39,746 nt of DNA from Ministeria vibrans ATCC 50519. Taxonomy: Eukaryota; Protista; Filasterea. The DNA is taken from contig CALSCP010001907.1 of assembly GCA_943704425.1 (NCBI GenBank), forward strand, positions 1-39,746. The letters are read 5' to 3'. A model generated the notes under the pieces. The model was given only the letters and a program-made list of their open reading frames with translations. It did no database searches and was not told where the DNA came from. Both the position numbers and the translations under genes were made by a program. Shown here piece after piece: positions 9,915 to 21,154 of the stretch (positions are counted from its first letter, which is position 1; every line of letters starts with the position of its first letter).

Positions 9915-12900
9915 TTAGATCGCCCCATCGTCGTCCTCTTTCGCAGGCACCACGAGAGCACACTCGACAATGCGGCTAGTCGACGTGCCCACAAAGACAC
10001 GCGTATATGTGCCGGGCATAACATGAACGCTCGCCACACTACACCTGAAGTCGATGCGCTTCGAGTCATAAAAGTTGCTGGTGCTGAGCACGCTGCAGCC
10101 ACCGTCGTGCCCAAACACAAACGCCCCATCACCCACTGCTGATGACCGCACGTAAGTGTATGAGAGGACCGCCACCTCCCGCATTGTCCATGAGTTCATG
10201 TCGATCAGTAAAACACACGAATGATAGTCCAAAGGGCAATAATCGTCCTGCCTGCGTTCCACAGCGAGCACGTTCCCCGAGCCACAATCATGAAGCAGCA
10301 GGTCCACTTGACAGAAGTGCGCAAGTGCGTCGCAACAATCACCCGTCTGTACATCCCACACGCTGTACTGCGCGCGCATGCGAATGCGAGACTTGGACGA
10401 TTTGTTCACATCCGACACAACCAAAAGACGGCCAGCCTCAAGGTCAAGAAGGTCGCGCACACGTCCGTCGTGCTCTACAGTTCGCACATGCTCAAATGCA
10501 TCCTCGCGACACGCGATGATATGCACGAGTCGTTCACACGCCACGGCAATTTGCAGTCCGTCCAACAGCTTGGCCCGCGAGACTACCTGATTGAGAGCGT
10601 ACTCTGCAAGGCGATTGATTGCCATGCCGTACAGCTTAAGAGTGCCATCACTTGCAACCGTGACAAAGTGCTGCAAGGGCGCTGGCAACACAACAAGTTC
10701 GAGTAGCTCGCCGTGGAAAGACGTCTCTCTCTTCACCAGTTGCAGCGTGTCCGCGTCGAGCAAACACAGCGCAAAGTGAGCGTCTTGCGCTACTAGGAAT
10801 GTATTTTCGTCGTCGACCGCAATGAACCCCAGCACATTCATGTACAAAGTATCCTCGTCGGTACTCACACGGAGCAGCGTGTCCGTGTCGCAGACACAAT
10901 GGGCATTGTCGCGTACACAAAAGGTTTCCCAGGTATCAGACCACATTGCTATCATCACCGTCTTTTCATCTGGTGACATAAGCACATGCCCCACAGGACC
11001 ACTCAACACACGCACAAATGAGAGAATTACCCCCTGATGAACACTCACAAAAGCTACCGCGCCATTGACCAGGCCGCAGAGCGCATGCGCCGAGGTCAAA
11101 GCCACGCTAGATACGGTCCAAGGAAAGGTGACGGAAAAGATTCGCTCGCAACGTACCAGGTTGTATCCATGAAGATGACACCCCTCGGATGCTACAAGAA
11201 ACTCGGCGGCAGCCGCAAAGTATGTACATTTCGCTTCCAGTCCAAGCAGTTCCTCGTCGGCTGTCGCACCAACAAGGCGCAACGAACCGCTCTCTGCATT
11301 GTACACCAAAAAGGTTTCATCACCATGGAAACCAATCACACGCTCACAAACACCAGACGTGGGTACAACTCGCACCTCAGTCGCGGTGTCTCGACCAAGC
11401 CTATAGAGCAACACATTTTTCGTACACGACAGCGCTGCCAACTCGCCATTGGCGCTGATATGCAAAAACTCCAGATTGAAGAACATCTCAGGGACATGGG
11501 CAAGGCACACCGGAACGCTCACGTCAAAATAGACATCACGCGCAAGGTCCACGACAAGGAGACGTTCGCCAATACAAAAGAAGGCGCGTGAACCGTGCAT
11601 CGCAAAGCCACTGCACACTTCCATACCGAATGAATCTTCCGACTGGAAAACATTGGAAATCTTCCGTTCCACCGTGTACGTGCTCGTGTCAACCACAAAA
11701 GGATCATCTCGAGGGGGAAGGCACATCACGCGCTCGTTGTCTATAAATGCCGCGTGTTGAGGTGCATGGATATGCCTCGCAAACTCAACAGAGGTGATCA
11801 TGCGGTCGCGCGCGGCCGAATGCTGCAGCCAGGCACGTTGGGGCAGCAAACCCAAACCTGACTGGCGCAGCACCTCCTGTGCACCCTCAAGAAGGCGAAT
11901 GACATGGCCATGAGGCAGCGGAGATATTCGAGAGAGCAGCTGAAATGCAAGTACGGATGCCCCTTGGATCTTGCTATCTCTGGTAGCAGACACCCTTGAA
12001 AAACCCCCATTGTTGCCCATTGCGAAATCACGCACGGCCGCACGTAACTTCGCGACGCCTGGGTCGCCAAGTCGCTCGACAAGCGCTTCGCTCAGAGTCG
12101 TAAAAAGCATGTCACGGTAGCCCACAAGTGCACACGCGTGCAGTAGCCAGTTGAAATCAAAAATCAAGTCTTTGGCAAGCAGCAGTAAGCTTTTTGCGCC
12201 GATCATGTGCCGCGACACGACGTGTCGATAAAAGTAGAGTGCCAAGGAATCGAACAGTAAGGGTGTCAAGAAATTGCCGCCGGAATCGCACACCAACTTG
12301 GGCGCTTGCGGCCAAGAGATGCCGCACCACTTACGGAGCGCGTTAAACGTATCTTCGTGGTGCTGTTCAATTGCGTCGCAACCGTTAAAGTGCGCAAAAT
12401 CGGCCTGCAGCTCGTGCAGCGTGTAATATTTGTCGCTGTTAGACGTGAGCATTGACAGATCGACAAGAAGACCCGCAATGTGCGACGTGTCAAATACACA
12501 CAGCGTAATCTCGTGCTTTGTCGTGTGCGCCTCCCAGAGCACATGGAGCAGCTCGCATGGGATACGCTCGCCTTTTGGAAACACACACAGCTGGGCGTAG
12601 CAGTTGCGCACACACTCGTACAACTCGCGCTCGTCTGCGAGCGCCTCAAATGACACATCCAGCGCCGCACTGATCTGCACTAGAGAGTTGTCATGACGAT
12701 AGTGCTGTTCTTTGTACTTAAAGGCGTGGACCCATCGGGAACCAGCCTCGCGTAAACTGGCGACACGCGTGCCCCAATCCCGGCGCTTCGATACTGAGGC
12801 ACCCAGCATGGCAAGGGCCAGTGGCAAGTAGCCGCAGAGCTGCGCGAGTTCGATGGCGGCCTCCTCATCAGCCGATGCCATGGCCCCCTCCTCGTGCTTC

Positions 12901-14288
12901 GCACACTTGCGTAGCAGAGCCACAGCGTCGGGCAGCGCCAGCGACTCGACGCGCTCGACGACGGCGTCATCAGGCACCATTTGAGACTGTCGCGTGGTCA
13001 TGACAAACTGCACGCGAGAATGATTGTCAAAGCAGCGCATAAGGGGTGTCAGATGTTCCGCGTGCCACACGTTCTCCGCGACGACAAGTAGTCGCGCGCC
13101 GTTCTGAGTGACGGTTGTCGCCGCCTGGAGGTTGATCCAGTCGACGAGCCAGTCGACATTGTCTACAGGCGCATCACTGCCCCATTGTTTTTTACTTTCC
13201 CGGTCAAGTAGCAGCGCCAGGCGATATAAGATGCGCGCCATGTTGACGGATGCCTGATCGACGCCAAGCTGCACCCAGATTACACGGACAAAGGCACTGC
13301 GCACGCGCGCATCCTGCGCCACGGCCGTCGCGAGTACCGTCTTGCCTACTCCCCCCATCCCCACAAGCGCAGTTACACGCGGAGCGTTCTCGGCCGCAAC
13401 AGTGTCGATCAGCTTGGAAACTTGGTCGGTTATCATGTGGTGTGGCGGAAGCGAGGGCACCTCAAAATCGGTGATGATGACGGTAGCAGGCGCGCGTTCT
13501 TTGCGTTCTTCCAACTTTTCCACGCGCGCTGTGAGGGCTTCGACCTCGGCCTGCATCTCAGCCATCTGCTTCATTACGGCCTTCGCCTCGTCCTCGGCTG
13601 CCGTGACGACCGCCTGTGTGAGCCTATCTGTCGGTAGCGTCTCCAGGAACGAGCCAATCTTTGTGGCGACGGTGGCGCCCGCTGGAATTTCCTCGAGAAG
13701 CGCCTCCAGCGCGCGTATTCCCTCGGCAAACTTTGGTGGTGCAAGTTTCTGGTCGCTCGCGTGCGCCCATGTGTTGCGTGCTTTGCGGACGCGCTCAATG
13801 AGATTCGGTGGCAGTCGCGACCCCTTGTAGTATTGAAGGAAGGCACACAGACACGTCGCGTCGCTTTGAAAGGCGCTGTGGCACGATGGGGCGACCGGCA
13901 CCTTGACAAACACCTTGGCAAGCTCCCAGGGCGCGTGCGAGGGGTCGCACCACGCATTGAGATTGCTATTGCCAAAGTTGAGTTGCGCGACGTCCGTACG
14001 TCTGTGCAGCGAAATGCACATTTTCTCCCATCTAGCAAGGTGCTTACAGCGCGGATCCACCTCGCTCGGCCGCTTGCCAGCCTTGAGGTTGAGCTGCTTC
14101 AGGTGATAGCAGGGCTCATCGTCGCATGTCCTCGGCACAGGGGGCAGAGTGGCGAAGTGCTCTTGAAACATCTTTGTTGCCGTGTCATCGGCACAGCGAC
14201 GGATCACATCGAGAGAAACCTGGAGAGCATGAGCGAACGAGAGCCAGCGGGCAAAGTCTTGATCCTCGAGGCGGTCTGATAACTCCAT
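9915..14288 (-). CDS. APAF1-like STAND NTPase: N-terminal DUF4559/CXorf38-like HEPN domain, coiled coil, NB-ARC, helical domain and degenerate WD40-like beta-propellers; single exon, 1457 aa
   Basis: Uninterrupted ORF with ATG at 14288. Walker A GMGGVGKT (13361-13338), Walker B LLVVAENVW, FVMTTR, CGYLPLAL, YTLHELQADF (APAF1 has YLHDLQVDF) and IFDFNWL. The N-terminus RLEDQDFARW..HAL..NFGNSN...W....PWELAKVF..DATCL..VRKARNTWAH resembles CXorf38 and carries the HEPN R-x4-H motif. Confidence 0.9.
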   Translation of the reverse strand: MELSDRLEDQDFARWLSFAHALQVSLDVIRRCADDTATKMFQEHFATLPPVPRTCDDEPCYHLKQLNLKAGKRPSEVDPRCKHLARWEKMCISLHRRTDVAQLNFGNSNLNAWCDPSHAPWELAKVFVKVPVAPSCHSAFQSDATCLCAFLQYYKGSRLPPNLIERVRKARNTWAHASDQKLAPPKFAEGIRALEALLEEIPAGATVATKIGSFLETLPTDRLTQAVVTAAEDEAKAVMKQMAEMQAEVEALTARVEKLEERKERAPATVIITDFEVPSLPPHHMITDQVSKLIDTVAAENAPRVTALVGMGGVGKTVLATAVAQDARVRSAFVRVIWVQLGVDQASVNMARILYRLALLLDRESKKQWGSDAPVDNVDWLVDWINLQAATTVTQNGARLLVVAENVWHAEHLTPLMRCFDNHSRVQFVMTTRQSQMVPDDAVVERVESLALPDAVALLRKCAKHEEGAMASADEEAAIELAQLCGYLPLALAMLGASVSKRRDWGTRVASLREAGSRWVHAFKYKEQHYRHDNSLVQISAALDVSFEALADERELYECVRNCYAQLCVFPKGERIPCELLHVLWEAHTTKHEITLCVFDTSHIAGLLVDLSMLTSNSDKYYTLHELQADFAHFNGCDAIEQHHEDTFNALRKWCGISWPQAPKLVCDSGGNFLTPLLFDSLALYFYRHVVSRHMIGAKSLLLLAKDLIFDFNWLLHACALVGYRDMLFTTLSEALVERLGDPGVAKLRAAVRDFAMGNNGGFSRVSATRDSKIQGASVLAFQLLSRISPLPHGHVIRLLEGAQEVLRQSGLGLLPQRAWLQHSAARDRMITSVEFARHIHAPQHAAFIDNERVMCLPPRDDPFVVDTSTYTVERKISNVFQSEDSFGMEVCSGFAMHGSRAFFCIGERLLVVDLARDVYFDVSVPVCLAHVPEMFFNLEFLHISANGELAALSCTKNVLLYRLGRDTATEVRVVPTSGVCERVIGFHGDETFLVYNAESGSLRLVGATADEELLGLEAKCTYFAAAAEFLVASEGCHLHGYNLVRCERIFSVTFPWTVSSVALTSAHALCGLVNGAVAFVSVHQGVILSFVRVLSGPVGHVLMSPDEKTVMIAMWSDTWETFCVRDNAHCVCDTDTLLRVSTDEDTLYMNVLGFIAVDDENTFLVAQDAHFALCLLDADTLQLVKRETSFHGELLELVVLPAPLQHFVTVASDGTLKLYGMAINRLAEYALNQVVSRAKLLDGLQIAVACERLVHIIACREDAFEHVRTVEHDGRVRDLLDLEAGRLLVVSDVNKSSKSRIRMRAQYSVWDVQTGDCCDALAHFCQVDLLLHDCGSGNVLAVERRQDDYCPLDYHSCVLLIDMNSWTMREVAVLSYTYVRSSAVGDGAFVFGHDGGCSVLSTSNFYDSKRIDFRCSVASVHVMPGTYTRVFVGTSTSRIVECALVVPAKEDDDGAI

Positions 14289-14360
14289 TGATTTTTTTTT
14301 TACGATGAAAAAGATAAGAATGATCAAGTAAGATCAATTTTTTGTCGCCTTTTCGTAACC

Positions 14361-16778
14361 ATGTCAAAACTTACCACATCAAACGGATCACCTGTGATGG
14401 ACAACCGCAACTCGCTCACGGTTGGACCCAACGGCCCTGTGTACGCATTGCGCCCTCAACACCCGCACATTTCTTATTGTTTTCCGTCTTGTTTTTCCAG
14501 AGTGCTTCAGGATTTCCATCTCATCGACAAACTTGCCCACTTTGACCGCGAGCGTATCCCCGAGCGTGTGGTCCATGCCAAGGGCGCGGGAGCTCACGGC
14601 TACTTCGAGGTGACTCACGACGTGACTCACTGTAAGTGCGAATGAATGAAAACTGAGTGCGCTCTAACAACTCTCTCTCTCTTTCTCTCTCTCTCTTTCT
14701 CTCTCTCTCTCTGCATCTTCCTTAGTGTGCAAGGCCGACTTTCTGTCGCGTATTGGCAAACGAACACCCGTGCTGACGCGATTCAGCACTGTTGGCGGCG
14801 AGAAGGTGCGAGAAGGACGGACTTTGTGTTTCTCTGATCCTGTGCGTTGTTTTGTTTTGTAGGGCTCTGCCGACACCGCTCGCGATCCTCGCGGGTTTGC
14901 CGTCAAGTTCTACACTGCTGAGGGCAACTGGGATATGGTGGGCAACAACACGCCGGTGTTTTTCATTCGCGATCCGTCGCAGTTTCCGGATTTCATTCAC
15001 ACGCAGAAGCGCAATCCGCAAACCAACTGCCCCGACCCCAACATGTTTTGGGACTTTCTCTCGCTCACACCCGAGTCTGTCCACCAAGTGACCGTGCTGT
15101 TTTCGCCGCGCGGCACTCCCGATGGCTACCGCCACATGAATGGGTACGGCTACAAACGTCAATCTCTCGCCCTTCCCCTAATGCACCCTCTCGCAGCTAC
15201 GGATCGCACACCTTCAAGGTGGTCAACAAGGGAGGCGACGCTCACTGGGTCAAGTTTCACTTCAAGGTACCTCTTTGTATCTTCTATTTTGACATGTACT
15301 AATAATGTGGTTGTCTCTTTGACAGACGGACCAAGGAGTGAAGAACCTGACTCCGGCTGAGGCGGGTCGTCTTGCGGGAGAGAATCCCGACTACGCGACA
15401 AGCGACCTGTTCAAGGCAATTGATGGAGGCGACTTTCCTTCATGGTCACTCAAGATTCAGGTGATGACGGAGCAGGAGGCGCTGCACTACCGCATCAACC
15501 CCTTTGACGTGACCAAGGTGTGGCCGCACAAGGACTTTCCCCTGCACCCCGTCGGCCGCATGGTCCTCAACCGCAACCCCGACAACTACTTTGCCGAGGT
15601 CGAGCAGGCCGCCTTCTCTCCGTCCCACATGGTCCCCGGTAGCCCATCGAGAGCGATTGAGTTGCCCGATTCCTGACTCTCTTTTTGTCTCTCGATGTAT
15701 TTGTGTTTTGTCTCGTTGTTGTTAGGCATTGAGCCGTCGCCCGACAAGATGCTGCAAGGGCGCCTCTTTTCATACCCCGACACCCACCGCCATCGTCTGG
15801 GCGCTAACTACACGCAGGTAAGGAGATGTAGCAAGAGCGTGTGCACTGCATTTGAGCGAGTAAGTGACACCACACCGTCTACCCCTTCCTTTTTTTCTCT
15901 GTGTTTTAGATTCCCGTTAACTGCCCTTACGCTGCGCGCGCTCGCTCTCACCAGCGCGATGGGCTCATGGCTGTCGATGGCAACGGCGGATCTGCCCCAA
16001 ACTACTACCCCAACACCAGCACGGGCTCTATCACAGTCTCTCCGGGTGCCACCGACACTTCCCCCTTCCACGCCGAGGTACAATGTACATACACACACAC
16101 TCTCTCTCTCTATCACTTTGTTTCTTTCTCCCTTCTCTCTCTCTATCACTTTTTTCTTTCTCCCTTCTTTCTCTCTATCACTTTGTTTCTTTCTCCCTTC
16201 TTTCTCTCTATCACTTTGTTTCTTTCTCCCTTCTTTCTCTCTATCACTTTGTTTCTTTCTCCCTTCTCTCTCTCTATCACTTTGTTTCTCCTCTCTCTCT
16301 CTCTATCTCTCTCTCTATCACTTTATTTCTTTCTCCCTCCTTTCTCTCTCTCTCTCTCTATCACTTTATTTCTTTCTCCCTCCTTTCTCTCTCTCTCTCT
16401 CTATCACTTTATTTCTTTCTCTCTCTCTCTCTAGACACGTGACATCGCACTCACACTCACTTTCTTTAGGGCACCGTGGCGCACCATGTTCCGAGTGGGC
16501 CCCTTGTCGATGACTATGCTCAGGCAGGTGCGCTCTTCCGTCTCATGGCGGGTCCTGCCCAGGATGAGCTGGTCATGAACATTGCTGGTCATCTCGGAAA
16601 GGCACGCACGGACATCCAGAAACGCCAAATCGAGGTAAAACACATTCGTGTCACTCACTAGTCACTGACGCTCAATCTCATTGTCGTTCGCTGACTGGCC
16701 CTTCCTTAGATCTTCCGTAAGGCTGATCCTGACTACGGTCGTCGCATTGAGGCGCTTCTCTTTGGCGCAAAGCTCTAA
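14361..16778 (+). CDS. CAT: Monofunctional heme catalase, peroxisomal (PTS1 -AKL)
   Basis: [37 protein letters not shown]|[22 protein letters not shown]. The last exon reads [22 protein letters not shown]. About 10 exons. Confidence 0.97.
16100..16432 (+). repeat. Intronic minisatellite array of (CT)n-ATCACTTTGTTTC units in a catalase intron
   Basis: About 9 tandem units. The same unit recurs at about 5401, 16995, 20520-20890, 27180-27340, 33380-33430, 35475-35670, 35890-35930 and 38540-38665. Confidence 0.9.
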
Positions 16779-16946
16779 AACTAAAACGAACTGCTTGCCA
16801 AATACAATACATTTTTCTTCTTTCGTTATCGGTAATAATTCTCTTTTCAAATCTCTGTATTTTCCGTATCATTGCACTCGATAGCACACAGACACACGCA
16901 CACACGCAAAAACGAAAAAATGAAAAACGTGAATACCATCGAGTCA

Positions 16947-17096
16947 TTACATCTAAGAAGAAATAAGGGGAAGATGCAAAGTAGTAGAGAGAGAAGCAAA
17001 GTGATAAAAGAGAGAGAAAGAGAGAGAAGGAGAGAGTCAGTAAGTTCAACGGAGCATTGTACACTCTCTGTGCAGGTTGGTTTGCGTACCATTCCA

Positions 17097-17152
<56 letters not shown>

Positions 17153-19542
17153 TGCCGGACCGCCGGCCGGCTCCTCCTTGGGGATCTCCGTCACGACTGC
17201 TTCTGCTGTGATCAGCAGCGACGCAACACCCGCTGCGTCAGTCAGTGCAGTGCGCACCACTAACACATTTAGAGAGAGATGTATATATTTTTCAGAGCCA
17301 TACGCAATAATTTATAGAAATTTTTATGCTGTTACCCTTGGTGGGGTCAATGATGCCCTCGGTGACCATGTTGACGTACTTGGACGTGGCTGCGTTGAAG
17401 CCCTCATCCTTGTTGCTCAGGCCCAGCACCTTGTCGACGACCACAGCGCCTTCCTCGCCGGCGTTAGTCGCAATGCGAGTGCCTACACACACATTCCATT
17501 CTCTATCACAAACACACATTTCTCTTTTGCCCATGCTTGACTCTTACAGGGAGCGCGCAGAGCCGACTTGATGACATTGATGCCCATTTGCTGGTCAAAG
17601 TTGATCGCCTTGAGACTCTCAAGTGCCGACAGACATCGCAGCAGAGCAGTGCCACCGCCGCAAACAATGCCCTCCTGGACAGCGGCACGCGTCGCGTTGA
17701 GCGCGTCCGTCACACGGTCCTTCTTCTCGCCCACCTCCACCTCAGACACCCCGCCAATCTTGAGCACCGCCACACCGCCCGACAGCTTGGCCAGACGCTC
17801 CTGGAGCTTCTCACGCTCATACTCGCTTGTCGTTTCCTCAATCTGCGAGCGGATCAGCTCCACACGCGACTCAATCGCGGAGAAATCGCCTGCACCCTCA
17901 AGCATAATCGTATCGTCCTTGGTGATCACCAGTTCCTTGATCCTATCCAGCGCGTGTAAGAAGGTGACACCACTAATTTCTCCCTCACACACACACACAC
18001 ACACATACACACACACACACACACACACGTACACGTACACACACGTACACGTACACATACACACACACTACATTTAACTTACGTTCCCAGTTGGTTCTCC
18101 TTGACATCCTCAACCTTGACACCAAGGGCATCGTCGCCCATGACCTCGCCGCCCGTCATGGCAGCCATGTCCTCGAGAGTGAGCTTGCGGTTGTCGCCAA
18201 AGCCGGGTGCCTTGACGGCGACGACCTGCAGCTGACCGCGCAGCTTGTTGAGCACAAGCGTGCTAAGCGCCTCGCTGTCGACGTCTTCGGCGACAATGAG
18301 CAGAGGACGACGCTGGGTGTGCGCAATCTCCACAGCGGGAAGGACCTGCTGCACCGTCGAGATCTTCTTCTGGCAGAAGAGCACAAGGGCATTCTGGAAT
18401 TCGACGCGCTGCGTCTTGGGGTTGGTGATAAAGAAGGGCGAGATGTAGCCGCGGTCGAACTTCATGCCTTCCGTGACCTCCAGCTCGTCGTACATGGTCT
18501 TGCCGTCCTTGACCGTGATGACGCCGTCCTTGCCAACCTTTTGCATCGCCGCCGAGATCAGGTTGCCAATCTCCTTGTCGCCATTGGCCGAGATGGTCGC
18601 CACCTGCATGATCTCTTCGCTCGTCGTGACTGGGCGCGACATCTCCTTGAGCGACTCGACACACTTGTCAACAGCCAGCTGGATGCCGCGGCGCAGGTCG
18701 AGCGGGTTGAGACCGGCCGTGACGTGCTTGAAGCCCTCCTTGGCAATGGCACGCGCCAGGACGGTGGCCGTCGTCGTGCCGTCACCAGCCAGATCGTTCG
18801 TCTTGCTGGCCACATCCTGCACCAGTCGTGCTCCAATGTTCTCGTACTTGTCTGCAAGCTCAATGGCTGACAAACGAGAGAAAAGGCGAAAAGAAAGAAA
18901 GGTGATCAAAAGAATAAAATAATATGAGACGCTATAGAAAATGAGTCTTACACTTGGCAACAGTCACACCGTCCTTGGTGATCTTGGGGCTACCCCAGCT
19001 TTGCTCGATCACAACGTTGCGGCCCTGTCGTAATGAGACAAGAGGAAAGAAAGAGAGAGAGAAAAAAAAAAGCCATGAGTCGTTTTTGCCATCACTTGAC
19101 GATCAGGAAGAGAGGAAAGAGCAAGAAAGAGAGAAGGGGGAGGAGGGGGAGGGATGCAATGGGGCCAGGGGCTGTTGATCAGTGTCCCGCTGGGGCGTGT
19201 GTGTGGCTGGAGAGCACAGAACGACGAAAGGAGTGCAGAGAAAACGCCGGAAACAGGTTTGAGGGAGAGAGAGACAGAGCGAGAGAGAGAGAGAGAAAGG
19301 AGAAAGAACGACAAGGGAAAAACGAGTGGGGGCGGGGCGGGCCATACCTTGGGGCCAAGAGTGACGGCGACAGCATCAGCAAGGCGGTCGACGCCGGCAA
19401 GCATCGCCTTGCGCGCGTCGAAGCCAAAGCGAATGTCTTTCGCGTACGATCGGCGAGGCTGGACGGCCACAGCGGCCACGGCGCCAGATCGAACAACAGA
19501 CGGAACTGCACGAGCAGGAGTGGAAAGAATAACACGCTGCAT
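16947..19542 (-). CDS. HSPD1: Mitochondrial chaperonin HSP60 (GroEL family)
   Basis: Presequence [63 protein letters not shown] and a (GGM)n tail. A predicted terminal micro-exon ATG TAA lies at 16952-16947. Confidence 0.97.
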
Positions 19543-19858
19543 TGACGAGGGAAGGAAAGAATTGTGTAGATTTTTTTTTCGTAAATATTTCGAGTGATTG
19601 TGTCAGAGCACTCCACGTGCAAATATGGTAGTGGCGATCTACGCAACGAGATGCAGTCCAAGACATCGAGAGGGATGCAATAGGATGATCAGCGTGGGCG
19701 AGCAGTGGAAACGAGAAGGACAGTGGGTGGCTGGGCGTTGATCAGTTCCAAGTTCTGGCACTTTCCAAACTTTCCATTTGTGCACAGCAAATTCAGAAAT
19801 CATTCAGACTATTCGATTCGCTTTTGTCTCTACCTCTCTTTCTATAGACTATTTAGTG
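19543..19858. promoter_or_regulatory. Bidirectional promoter region shared by HSP60 and HSP10
   Basis: 316 bp separate the divergent start codons. The region contains two TGATCA motifs and several TTC triplets that form only imperfect heat-shock elements. Confidence 0.7.
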
Positions 19859-20616
19859 ATGGTACGCTGTTGCAAGTGAAGGAGACGCGTGTGTGTGTGC
19901 GAGAGAGAGACAGAGAGAGTTTGTTGCGACCGTTTGCGCCAATGCAACAACACCACAGCATCCAAGGGGTGCACATCAGCAGTCTACTTGAGGAGATACG
20001 TGGATGCTCCGAACAAGCGGGCGTGAGGCGCGCCAGGGGATGGGAGAAGAGTGTCGAGTCGTTTGCTCTATTGTACCTCACTTCTCGGACGACTCAGGCC
20101 GCGCCGGCGTGTGTCAAGCGCTGCCTTAGGACTCGGTTGACGCTCTTTTGCAATGCAGAGTGTGCAAGAAGAAGAGCGACGCAAGATGACAGATTTGGCG
20201 AATCTCACGTTTTTTTTTTCTTCTTTTTTCCTCTTCACACATCGTTTAGTCTGGCATTCTGACTCGATTCCGTCCCATCTGCGACCGCGTGCTTGTGCAG
20301 CGCCTTGTCAACGAGGCCAAGACCAAGACGGGCATCCTTCTTCCCGAGTCGTCGGTGAGCAAGGCCCTGGAAGGCACCATTGTCGCAGTGGGTCCCGGTG
20401 CGCGCGACCAAGCCGGTGCCATCATTGCCCCTGTCGTCAAGGTATTCTTACTTTGCTCGTCTGTCAATTTCCTCCCTCTCTCTACGACTTTCCTCTCTGT
20501 CACCTTGCTTCTCTCTCTCTCTCTATCACTTTGTTTCTTTCTATCACTTTGTTTCTATTACTTCATCTCTCTCTCGCTATCACTTTGTTTCTTTCTATCA
20601 CTTTGTTTCTATTACT

Positions 20617-20655
<39 letters not shown>

Positions 20656-20688
20656 GTGTATAANNNNNNNNNNNNNNNNNNNNNNNNN

Positions 20689-20775
<87 letters not shown>

Positions 20776-21154
20776 AACTCTCTCTTGAACTCTCTCTCTC
20801 TATCACTTTGTTTCTCTCTCTCTCTATCACTTTGTTTCTCTCTCTCTATCACTTTGTTTCTTTATCTCTCTCTCGATCACTTTGTTTCTTTATCTCTCTC
20901 TGTCATCTTTCTATATATTCTGTTCCTCTCTCTATCACCTTGCTCCTCCCTCTGTCACTCTCCACTCCCTGTCACTTTCCTCTCTCTGTATGGGGTTTTT
21001 ACAGACAAAACGGAGCGACTGACACTGATGGTTTGCGTAGGTTGGCGATCATGTGATCTTGCCCGAGTACGGTGGAAACAAGATTACACTTGAGGACCAA
21101 GAGTACACCCTCTTCCATGAGCGTGAGCTTCTCGGAACGATTGAGAAGAGCTAA
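19859..21154 (+). CDS. HSPE1: Mitochondrial co-chaperonin HSP10 (GroES family), 102 aa
   Basis: Exons 19859-19861 (ATG|gtacgc), 20250-20441 (SGILTRFRPICDRVLVQR..TKTGILLPE..GTIVAVGPG..VVK) and 21041-21154 (VGDHVILPEYGG..ELLGTIEKS*). Confidence 0.93.

Noticed and set aside
19745-19810. Heat-shock elements in the HSP60/HSP10 promoter
   Set aside because: Only scattered TTC triplets are present; I could not find three correctly spaced alternating nGAAn units.
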